Under the pieces are notes generated by a model. The model was not told the DNA's origin, searched no databases, and saw nothing but the letters and a program-made list of their open reading frames with translations. A program made the translations under genes and the position numbers. From Pseudomonadota bacterium (GTDB taxonomy: Archaea; Thermoplasmatota; SW-10-69-26; JACQPN01; JAJPHT01), in the NCBI GenBank assembly GCA_021325135.1, contig JAJPHT010000039.1:1-64000 (forward strand): DNA of 64,000 nt, read 5' to 3'. Below, piece by piece: positions 27,789 through 35,768 of the stretch; position 1 is the first letter of the stretch; each line of letters opens with the position of its first letter.

Positions 27789-29381
27789 TTAAAGGGGAAT
27801 GTTCCCGTGCTTGCGAGGCGGCCGCTCGACGTGCTTCGAGGCGAGGCGCGCCAGGTGGCGGGCCACGTGCTGGCGCGTCAGGGCCGGGTCGACGATGTCG
27901 TCCACGAAGCCAAGCTCGGCCGCGAACATGGGGTTGCCGAAGCGGTCGCGGTAGCCGGCCTCCAGCTCCTTGCGGAAGTCGGCGTCGGCGTTCTTCAGCT
28001 CCCGGCGGTGGAGGATCTGCACGGCGCCCTGCGCGCCCAGCACGGCGATCTCCGCCTGGGGCCACGCGAGGTTGACGTCGCTGCGCAGGTGCTTGCTGCA
28101 CATGACGATGTACGCGCCGCCGTAGGCCTTGCGCGTGACGACGGTGATCTTGGGCACGGTGGCCTCGCAGTAGGCGTAGAGGAGCTTCGCGCCGTGGCGG
28201 ATGATGCCGCCGTGCTCCTGCTCGCGCCCGGGGAGGAAGCCGGGCACGTCCACGAGGCTGAGGAGGGGGACGTTGAACGCGTCGCAGAAGCGCACGAAGC
28301 GCGCGGCCTTCTCGGAGGCCTGCACGTCCAGCACACCCGCGAGCACCTTGGGCTGGTTCGCGACGATGCCCACGACGCGCCCTTCGACGCGGCCGAAGCC
28401 GACGACGACGTTGCGCGCCATCTCGGCGTGGATCTCGAAGAAGCTGTCCCGATCGAGGATGCCCGCCATGACGTCGCGCATGTCGTAGGGCATCGACGGG
28501 TCGGGCGGGACCACGGTGCGCAGCGCCTCGGGGTCGTGCGCGGAGATGGGCTCGTAGCGCGGCGGGTGCTCCAGGTGGTTCTGCGGCAGGTAGGAGAGGA
28601 GCGCGCGGATCTTGTCCAGCGTCTCCTCGTCCGTCTCGCCCGTGAGGTGGCAGACGCCCGAGTCGTTGGCGTGCACGTCCGCGCCGCCCAGCTCCTCGTG
28701 GGTCGTCTCCTCGCCCAGCACGGTCTTCACCACGTCGGGCCCGGTGAGGTACATGTACGAGGTCTTGCGCGTCATGAGGACGAAGTCCGTGAGCGCGGGG
28801 CCGTACACCGCGCCGCCGGCGCAGGGGCCCAGGATTCCCGCGACCTGCGGGATGACGCCCGAGGCGTCGACGTGGCGCTGGAAGATGTCGCCGTAGCCGC
28901 CCAGCGCGGCGACGCCCTCCTGGATGCGCGCGCCGCCAGAGTCGTTGAGCGCGACGAGGGGCACGCCGGTGGCGATGGCCTGCTCCATGATCTTGCAGAT
29001 CTTCCGCGCCTGCGCGCTGCCCAGCGAGCCGCCCGAGACGGTGAAGTCCTGCGCGTAGACGCACACGTCGCGGCCGTGGACCTTGCCGTAGCCCGTGACG
29101 ACGCCATCGCCCGGGTGCGGGTCCTGCGGCAGGCCGCGGCTGAGCCCCTGGTGGACGGCGAAGGAGTCGGTCTCCATGAAGGAGCCCGGGTCCAGGAGGT
29201 AGTCCAGGCGCTCGCGGGCCGTCATCTTGCCCTTCGCGTGCTGCGCCGCGACCTTCTCGGGGCCGCCGCCTTCGCGGGCGCGCTGGCGGGCCAGCTCGAT
29301 GGGGTCCAGCGTGAGGCGGCCCGACGAAGGGGTGACGCGCACGATGGAGGGCTTCTGTGGCGCGGCAGTGGGGACGGTCAT
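27789..29381 (-). CDS. Acyl-CoA carboxylase carboxyltransferase (beta) subunit, PccB/AccD family
   Basis: GKMTARER, QDFTVSGGSLG, DSGGARIQEG, GPCAGGAVY, DVPGFLPG, RKAYGGAY, RKHGNIPL. Confidence 0.95.
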   Translation of the reverse strand: MTVPTAAPQKPSIVRVTPSSGRLTLDPIELARQRAREGGGPEKVAAQHAKGKMTARERLDYLLDPGSFMETDSFAVHQGLSRGLPQDPHPGDGVVTGYGKVHGRDVCVYAQDFTVSGGSLGSAQARKICKIMEQAIATGVPLVALNDSGGARIQEGVAALGGYGDIFQRHVDASGVIPQVAGILGPCAGGAVYGPALTDFVLMTRKTSYMYLTGPDVVKTVLGEETTHEELGGADVHANDSGVCHLTGETDEETLDKIRALLSYLPQNHLEHPPRYEPISAHDPEALRTVVPPDPSMPYDMRDVMAGILDRDSFFEIHAEMARNVVVGFGRVEGRVVGIVANQPKVLAGVLDVQASEKAARFVRFCDAFNVPLLSLVDVPGFLPGREQEHGGIIRHGAKLLYAYCEATVPKITVVTRKAYGGAYIVMCSKHLRSDVNLAWPQAEIAVLGAQGAVQILHRRELKNADADFRKELEAGYRDRFGNPMFAAELGFVDDIVDPALTRQHVARHLARLASKHVERPPRKHGNIPL

Positions 29382-29544
29382 GGGCACCCCGCGCGGCGAG
29401 GCCAGGCTTCGGGTAAATGCCTTTTCGTCGTGACAAGGAGTGAAAACGAGTGAACGCCACCGTGGGAATCGGCGAGCGCCGGGGGGCGCATCGGCGGTCT
29501 TGTGGGGGACTGTGGGGGGCACAATCCTGGCGTCTTGGTCACCT

Positions 29545-29582
29545 CGTTGGCGCGACGACGCCACGGCGCCACGACGTGACGA
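29545..29582. repeat. Tandem 8-mer CGCCACGA-family array
   Basis: CGCGACGA CGCCACGG CGCCACGA CGTGACGA, intergenic. Confidence 0.55.
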
Positions 29583-29682
29583 TTCCCCCAAGCATCGCGC
29601 TGAGGGGGAAGCATCCGCTCAAAGAAGTGAGAGAATGGAAGAAGAAAGGGGCCCCACCGCGCAGGGCCCCGGAGCCGGGCGC

Positions 29683-30525
29683 CTACCAGGCGAGGTTCTC
29701 GGCGCGGATGCCCTGGTCCGAGAAGGCCTGGGGCAGCGTGCCCTCGTTGGCCCACTTGTAGAGGCCCGCGACGAGGATGCCGTCCACCGCGCTGTTGACC
29801 GCGGAGAGGACGATCCAGTAGACCACCGCGACCGCGATGAACGCGACGCCCAGCACGACGGACGCGCCCATGGCGAGGACGCCCAGGAAGAAGGGCACGA
29901 GGCCCAGCAGGCCCAGGAAGAAGAAGATGATCCCGGTCGTGGCCACGCCCGTGAGGCTCTCGCCCCAGCTGCGCTTCATGAGGCCCATGCTGCCCTTGAT
30001 CGCGTCGAAGGGCCCGACGTCCTGGAAGACGAGGACGGGCACGACGAAGAAGACCGCGACGTTCCAGCCGAACTCCAGGAAGCTGACCAGGATGCGGGCC
30101 AGGATGTTGTCCTTGGCCTGGTCGCGCAGGATGCGGAAGATGATGCCCACGGTCGCCGCGACGACGGCCCACTGCAGGATGCGGCCGATGCGGCTCCACG
30201 ACTTGCGCAGGCCGTCCTTGAGGACGGGGTCGCCGCCGTTGAAGCGGATGGTGGCCATCTCGATGACGGCCGCGTTGAAGAAGATCACGATGGCGTAGAC
30301 CACGACGTAGATCGCGAAGATCGCGAGGTAGCCGGCGAGGCCGAGGCCGCCGCCGTCGGCGCCGCTGAAGAGGCCGAGGCCCCAGGCGCCGAGGCCCAAG
30401 GCGACGACCGCGATGATCTGGAGGACACCCGCGAGCAGCGGGAGCGCGACCATCTCCTTGTCAAGGCTGAGGACCTTGAAGGAGGCCTTGGTGAGACTCC
30501 AACCACGGGCGATGCGTTCGAACAT
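29683..30525 (-). CDS. Membrane protein (DUF6159-like)
   Basis: MFERIARGWSLTKASFKVL..., AIKGSMGLMKRSWGE, 5-6 TM segments. Confidence 0.8.
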   Translation of the reverse strand: MFERIARGWSLTKASFKVLSLDKEMVALPLLAGVLQIIAVVALGLGAWGLGLFSGADGGGLGLAGYLAIFAIYVVVYAIVIFFNAAVIEMATIRFNGGDPVLKDGLRKSWSRIGRILQWAVVAATVGIIFRILRDQAKDNILARILVSFLEFGWNVAVFFVVPVLVFQDVGPFDAIKGSMGLMKRSWGESLTGVATTGIIFFFLGLLGLVPFFLGVLAMGASVVLGVAFIAVAVVYWIVLSAVNSAVDGILVAGLYKWANEGTLPQAFSDQGIRAENLAW

Positions 30526-30680
30526 GAGGATTTGACACCTCTCGGGGGCGGCGATTCCTGGCCCGCGGATATAAGGCTAGCGGGCAACGTGGGGTGCGGA
30601 AGGAAGGCGCAACCGGCCGGCGACGGGCAGGCGTTTCTCCGGCGGCGCGGCCCCCCGGCCGGAGCCCGCCCGGCGTGGGG

Positions 30681-31133
30681 TCAACGGGCGAGTCGCCGCG
30701 CCGCCGCCAGCAAAGCCGTGTCGAGCAGGGCGGCGACTGCGCCCACCAGGCAGCCGCCGACGAACCCGAACGCGGCCGCCTCCAGCGAGAAGAGGTAGGC
30801 GATGGGCGGCGCGCGGCCCGAGATGAACGATGCCGTGAGGGCGATCCACACGAACGACGCGCCCACCGCGCCGCCCCACACGCCGCCCACGCCCATCGCC
30901 TCGCGCAGCGGCTTCTCCCGCATCTGGACGAGGGCCTGGCGCGTGGCCCCGAGGGTGAGCCCCCAGAGGACGAGGAAGAGCGCGACGCCAGGGAGCGTGC
31001 CGATCCCCTGGAGCAGCTGCCCCAGCGTGCCGGCGCGGTGCAGCGCGAGGACGAGGGCGCCCACCAGGAGCGAGACGTGGAGCGTCGCGAGGCCCACCGC
31101 CTCCAGCCAGCCCGCCTCGCGCGCCTCATCCAT
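30681..31133 (-). CDS. Hypothetical 4-TM membrane protein
   Basis: Hydrophobic helices; overlaps the stop of the upstream gene. Confidence 0.65.
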   Translation of the reverse strand: MDEAREAGWLEAVGLATLHVSLLVGALVLALHRAGTLGQLLQGIGTLPGVALFLVLWGLTLGATRQALVQMREKPLREAMGVGGVWGGAVGASFVWIALTASFISGRAPPIAYLFSLEAAAFGFVGGCLVGAVAALLDTALLAAARRLAR

Positions 31134-31506
31134 GGGCCAGCACCACCGCGAGGCCGCCGATGATGGCGAGGAGGAGCGCCGTGCCGCCGTAGGCCCACCG
31201 CAGCGCGGGAGCTTTCAGCCGGGGCCGCGCCAGGAGCCGCAACGCGGAGGCGACCAGCAGGAGGAGCACGAGGGCGAGCTTCCACGTGAGGAGCGTCCCC
31301 CACGTCGTGGCGGGCCCCGGGTCGCCCACGGCGCCGAGGTTCCCGACGCCTGTGAGGACCTGCACACCCATGGCGACCCAGAAGGCCCACTCATAGGCGC
31401 GCGACGCGGGGGCGGGGTCCCGCAGCGAGGCCACCAGCACGGCGCCGCCCAGCAGCACGCCCATGCCCAGCGTGTGGACCAGGCGCACCGCGACGTGCAC
31501 GTCCAT
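31126..31506 (-). CDS. Hypothetical membrane protein (CopD-like helical pattern)
   Basis: VRLVHTLGMGVLLGG, VLTGVGN, WGTLLTWKL, C-terminal LAHG. Confidence 0.65.
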   Translation of the reverse strand: MDVHVAVRLVHTLGMGVLLGGAVLVASLRDPAPASRAYEWAFWVAMGVQVLTGVGNLGAVGDPGPATTWGTLLTWKLALVLLLLVASALRLLARPRLKAPALRWAYGGTALLLAIIGGLAVVLAHG

Positions 31507-31569
31507 GCAGGGCCGTCGCTGGCGGAAGGGAGAATGGTTTCGCACCGAAGCCCACTTGCGCGGCAGGGG

Positions 31570-31713
31570 TCAACGCTGGGCGAGCCAGGCCAGCGTGGCC
31601 TCGGCGTTGCGCCGGGCGCGGCGGATGACGCGGAGGTCCTCTTCGATCTCCGCGCGGAACTGCGTGAGGAACGCCCGAAGCTCAGGGTCCATCTCGCGGC
31701 CTTCCATGATCAT
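31570..31713 (-). CDS. Small helical hypothetical protein (47 aa)
   Basis: GGAGG SD; MIMEGREMDPELRAFLTQFRAEIEEDL... Confidence 0.45.
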   Translation of the reverse strand: MIMEGREMDPELRAFLTQFRAEIEEDLRVIRRARRNAEATLAWLAQR

Positions 31714-32091
31714 TGACTTTCCTCCGTGCTTCATAAATCTTCTCCGCCAGACGATCGTCGTCCTCCGCCATCTCGGAGAGCGCGCGCAGGACCTGGGAGG
31801 CGCGCTCGGCCCGCGACGCGGCGCTGCTCGACTCGCGCAGCCTGCCCGCGGCCTGCATCCTCCCTTCGTGCTCCTCCAGCGCGATGCGCGCCACGCGGTC
31901 CACGTCGCCGCGTCCGAAGAGATAGCCCAACGCCCGGTGACCACCGAAACCATGGTCCGCATCAGCAGGTCCGCGGGGCCGGCCTCCAGGTGCGCCCAGC
32001 CCCACCAGACCATGGCGAGGCTCGCGACGACCGCCGCGCCCGCGACGAGGGTCCGCACGGCGTTGGTCGTGCCCCACCAGGGAGGGTCCAT
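31682..32091 (-). pseudogene. Frameshifted 2-TM plus coiled-coil protein
   Basis: N-terminal half (MDPPWW...VSVVTG) and C-terminal half (ALGYLFGRGD...) join if one G is added in the G-run near 31933-31935. Confidence 0.5.
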
Positions 32092-32138
32092 CGCGGATGG
32101 ATGGGCGGGGGAGGCTTCTCCTTTGTCCCGGAATCGCC

Positions 32139-33026
32139 TCACGCGACGCGCTGGAAGCGCCCGTCCTGGCGCGCCATGGCGAAGTCCTTCTCCAGGAGGC
32201 GCGCGAGGTGCTTCTCCACCATGACGCGCTCGTGATAGCGCGCCAACGGCGTCGTGGGCTTGCCCATGCAGTGGCCCATCTCGGCCAGCTCGTCCAGGCT
32301 GCGCGGCGTCTCCAGGGAGGCGAGGATGCGGCGGTCGCGCTCGCGGATGGACTCGGCCATGCCGCGGAAGAGCGGCTTGATGCCCCGCTTGCGCGGCTCG
32401 GCGTGGCTGGAGACGAGGATCGCCACCGGCACGTCCGCGAGGGTCGAGGCGGTGCGCTCCAGCTCCGTGGGGTCGCTGGTGGGGTAGCCGTACCACGCCT
32501 TGTCGTCCGCGCCCACGTCAGCCGCGAAGAGGATGTGCCGCTCGGGGTCCAGCAGGGCGATCATGCCCGGCGAGTGGCCCGGCGCGGGGAGGAGGTGCCA
32601 CTCGTGCTTGTCCAGCTTGACGATGCCGTCCCCGCGCAGCTCCTTCTGGACGTGCGCCGGCTCGTAGCCCGCCTTGCGGATGGCGCTGGCCACCACGTCG
32701 CGGTCGCGGCGGCTGACCTCGTAGGTCTGGAGGTAGTCCTCGGCCCCCAGCATGGCGCGCGCCTCGGCCTTGGGGGCCCACACCTCGCGGAAGTCGCGCG
32801 CGCCGTGGCTGTGCGCCACGTGGCAGTGCGTGAGCAGGCACACGTCCACGTGGGGCGCGAGCTTGCGGCGCAGCGGGGCGGGGAGGCCCGCGTCCACGAG
32901 CACGACCTCGGACCCCTCGTCCAGGAGCAGCGAGCTGGCGCCCGGGTGCTCCGGCGGGCATGCGACCAGCCCCACGCCCTCCGCGACCCACGTCAGGGTC
33001 TTGGCGAGGTCCGGGGGCAGGGCCAT
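32139..33026 (-). CDS. MBL-fold hydrolase with C-terminal winged helix
   Basis: VLVDAG, THCHVAH (HxHxDH variant), PGHSPG, FAAD, SSH. Confidence 0.8.
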   Translation of the reverse strand: MALPPDLAKTLTWVAEGVGLVACPPEHPGASSLLLDEGSEVVLVDAGLPAPLRRKLAPHVDVCLLTHCHVAHSHGARDFREVWAPKAEARAMLGAEDYLQTYEVSRRDRDVVASAIRKAGYEPAHVQKELRGDGIVKLDKHEWHLLPAPGHSPGMIALLDPERHILFAADVGADDKAWYGYPTSDPTELERTASTLADVPVAILVSSHAEPRKRGIKPLFRGMAESIRERDRRILASLETPRSLDELAEMGHCMGKPTTPLARYHERVMVEKHLARLLEKDFAMARQDGRFQRVA

Positions 33027-33070
33027 CGGCGGGGGACCCCCGCGCGCCGCGAAAACCCTTCCTAAGGCGA

Positions 33071-33172
33071 TCAGCCGGGGCTGGCGTGCGCCAGGAGCTT
33101 CACGATGTCCAGCGTGCAGAGGTGGACCGTGTCCTTGTGGCGGGCCATGCCGCACAGGCAGCAGAAGTCCAT
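33071..33172 (-). CDS. Putative Cys/His micro-protein (33 aa)
   Basis: MDFCCLCGMARHKDTVHLCTLDIVKLLAHASPG*; high GC3; CTTACC ~25 nt upstream. Confidence 0.5.
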   Translation of the reverse strand: MDFCCLCGMARHKDTVHLCTLDIVKLLAHASPG

Positions 33173-33272
33173 GCTGTGGGGTCGACGGCGGGGGGTAAGA
33201 GCGGCGCGTCCCTACCCATGGTGGTGGTGACAAACGATGGAGCCGCCGGCCGGCCCACCGGCTGCCCGGCCG

Positions 33273-34388
33273 CTACCACGAGTAGGCGCGCGAGACGCCC
33301 AGCGCGTGCACGATGCGCCTCAGCTCGCCCACCTTGCCGAGGTTCGCCAGCAGCGTCTTCGCGAGGACGGGGAGGTAGGCGCGCTCGGTGCTGACGCCGG
33401 GGCGCACGTCGATGAGCTTGGGCGCGAAGCGCGTGAGTCGGGCGAAGTCCTCGTTGCTCCACGCGCGCAGCGACTCCAGCGCGGGGCGGAAGGAGGGGTC
33501 GCACATGGGGTGCGCCGCGATGCGCGCGCCGTACTCGGAGAGCTTCCCTTCGTGGAGGCAGCGCGCGAGCGCGTCCGCCGCGTGGACGACCGCCGCCATG
33601 CCCCCCTTGGTGATGGGGTTCGTGAGCCCCGCGGCGTCGCCCACGAGGACGACGTTCCCCTCCTGCACCTTGTCGCCGAAGAAGCCGATGGGGTACGCCT
33701 CGCGCTTGCGCACCTTGCCCGCGACGCCCTTGTCCGCCATGAAGCGGTCGAGCCGCTCCCAGTCGTGGCCGTCGCCCGTCGCCAGGAGGCCCACGTTCCA
33801 CAGGTCGCCCCGCGGGAAGACCCACGCGTACTCGGGCGAGTACGTCTTGTCGGTGTAGAAGAGGAGCCGCTCGGGAGACGGGCCCTGCGCCTCGACGCGG
33901 TACTGGATGCCCAGCATCGTCTCGTGCGAGCCGCCCACGACCTTGCGCGTCACGCTGCCGGGCCCGTCGGCGCCGATGACGACGTCCGCTTCGCGCGACA
34001 TGCGGATGATATCATCCTGCGAGACCTTCACGCCAGTCCGGTAGTCGGCGCCCAGCGCGCGGCACTCCTCCGCCATCGCGGGGATCCACCGTTCGCGCGC
34101 CATGGTGTGCCCCTTCTGGTGCACGCGCGCCTCGACGCCCTCGGGGAAGAACCACGAGGCGCCCTCGAACGTCTGCGCGACGTAGGGCGCGGAGTCGAAC
34201 GCGCGGAAGAGGCGCAGCGTGTCGTCCGAGAGCCCCTCGCCGCAGAGCGTCGTGTGCGCCGCCGGCTCGCGCTCGTAGATCGTGACGTGCGCGTCGACGG
34301 CGTGCTCGCCGTTGAGCAGCGTCAGCGCGGTCACGACGCCCGCGAAGCCGCCCCCCACGATGCGGACGTCCAGCGAGCGCGAGGGCAT
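33273..34388 (-). CDS. Geranylgeranyl reductase family FAD oxidoreductase
   Basis: IVGGGFAG, LCGEGLS, IGADG, YAWVFPRG, VGDAAGLTNPITKGGM. Confidence 0.88.
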   Translation of the reverse strand: MPSRSLDVRIVGGGFAGVVTALTLLNGEHAVDAHVTIYEREPAAHTTLCGEGLSDDTLRLFRAFDSAPYVAQTFEGASWFFPEGVEARVHQKGHTMARERWIPAMAEECRALGADYRTGVKVSQDDIIRMSREADVVIGADGPGSVTRKVVGGSHETMLGIQYRVEAQGPSPERLLFYTDKTYSPEYAWVFPRGDLWNVGLLATGDGHDWERLDRFMADKGVAGKVRKREAYPIGFFGDKVQEGNVVLVGDAAGLTNPITKGGMAAVVHAADALARCLHEGKLSEYGARIAAHPMCDPSFRPALESLRAWSNEDFARLTRFAPKLIDVRPGVSTERAYLPVLAKTLLANLGKVGELRRIVHALGVSRAYSW

Positions 34389-34429
34389 CGGGGCGGGCGA
34401 GGGGTGGACCCCGGAAAGAGGTTTGTCCC

Positions 34430-34891
34430 CTAGAGGGTTCCCTTCTTCACCGCGGCCGCCAGATGGTCGAGGCTGAGGGCGCGCTCCTTGCCCAGCGCCT
34501 TGGCTGCCGCCTCCCGAAGCTTCTCGTCCTGCACGAGGAGCACGCTCCCCGGAGTCGCGAGCGCGAGGTCCAGGAAGGTCGCGTCGTAGTAGGTGACGCC
34601 GTGCCGCTCCGTGATCTCGCCGGCCCGCGCGACGCTCTCCTTCTCCCAGGCGGCGATGGTGACGCCCTGGAGGATCTCCGCGACGACCTGCTGGCGGTCC
34701 TCCAGGGACTTGCCGAAGGCCTCGGGGTGCTTGCGGTGGACGATGTTGCCCACCTCGTACACGACGCGCAGCGGGGCGAGCACGTCGTACCGGGCCTGCA
34801 CGTGCGCGAACGCCTCGGACCACGCCTCGTGGTCGGCCTGGAGGGAGTCGATGAGCGCGCTGGTGTCGACGACGAAGACGGGCGCGCTCAT
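34430..34891 (-). CDS. vapC: PIN-domain toxin (VapC)
   Basis: VVDTSALI, YEVGN, TYYDATFL, QDEKL. Confidence 0.88.
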   Translation of the reverse strand: MSAPVFVVDTSALIDSLQADHEAWSEAFAHVQARYDVLAPLRVVYEVGNIVHRKHPEAFGKSLEDRQQVVAEILQGVTIAAWEKESVARAGEITERHGVTYYDATFLDLALATPGSVLLVQDEKLREAAAKALGKERALSLDHLAAAVKKGTL

Positions 34892-35103
34892 TCGTCGCGC
34901 TCCTCGCGGGTCCAGCGCGCGCCCGCGCCCTTGGGCAGCCGGATGCGCCGCTTCGCGAGGCTTTCCCGGCGCTTCCTGGCCATCATGCCCCGGACCTTCT
35001 CCTCGAAGGCCTGGCGCGCGACGTCGTTGGCGTTGAGCCCGGAGGCGAGGATGTAGGCCGTGATCCCCTCGTTCGTCTCCCGGAACTGGATCTTGATCGA
35101 CAT
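34888..35103 (-). CDS. Putative antitoxin (VapB-like)
   Basis: 71 aa, ATGA overlap with the PIN gene, C-terminal TREERDE. Confidence 0.75.
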   Translation of the reverse strand: MSIKIQFRETNEGITAYILASGLNANDVARQAFEEKVRGMMARKRRESLAKRRIRLPKGAGARWTREERDE

Positions 35104-35125
35104 CCTTGGGTTTGATCCGCATCAC

Positions 35126-35143
35126 GGATACATGAACGTATCC
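35126..35143. promoter_or_regulatory. Palindromic operator of the vapBC pair
   Basis: GGATAC-ATGAAC-GTATCC, 23-40 nt upstream of the antitoxin ATG. Confidence 0.55.
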
Positions 35144-35342
35144 CCAGGGCGCTGCGTTGCAGCAGGGTCCTCCCAGGTCCCCTTCGCTGGGGCTTGCCCC
35201 CTTTTCTTCGCCAAACCACCGCCGGCGATCCGGCGACGACGGGCCAGCGAGAAGGATCGCCACAAAGTCCCGGGGCCCCTGAGAGATCGCTTTCCAAGCC
35301 CTCAAATCCCCCTCCGCCCTCGGAAAGCCCCGAGGTGCACCC

Positions 35343-35759
35343 ATGAGCGGAGACGCCCGCCCGATCTGCCCCCAGTGCGGGGCCCCCCTGTTCCACCGCG
35401 CGCACGGCGACCAGACCTGCGTGCAGCACGGCCACTGGCTGCCCAGCGAGGTGCTCGACGCCACCTTCGGCGGCGGGGCCTCCGGCGCGGTGCGCGCCGC
35501 CACGCAGCGCACGGGCCTGACGCCGCGCAAGTGCCCGGACGACCGCTACGAGATGAGCCACGTCGCCAACGCCAGCGGCACCGTGCAGGCCGACGCGTGC
35601 GGCCGCTGCGGCGGCGTCTGGATCCCGCTCTCCCTCGTGGAATCGCTGAAGGCCACGACGCCGGTCAACGCCTCCACGGACGCCGAGGCGCGCAGCCTGC
35701 TCGCGCTGGCCGCGGCGCGGGCGCTCTGCTCGCCCGCCCCCGCGCCGCGGCGGCGCTGA
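35343..35759 (+). CDS. Double zinc-ribbon (zf-TFIIB-like) protein
   Basis: CPQC, CVQH, CPDD, DACGRCGGVW. Confidence 0.75.
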   Translation: MSGDARPICPQCGAPLFHRAHGDQTCVQHGHWLPSEVLDATFGGGASGAVRAATQRTGLTPRKCPDDRYEMSHVANASGTVQADACGRCGGVWIPLSLVESLKATTPVNASTDAEARSLLALAAARALCSPAPAPRRR

Positions 35760-35768
35760 GCCGTTTTC

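Noticed and set aside
35144-35342. Long intergenic region as RNase P or SRP RNA (also 6532-6745)
   Set aside because: The conserved RNase P P4 and SRP helix-8 motifs could not be identified by eye; an Rfam search would be needed.
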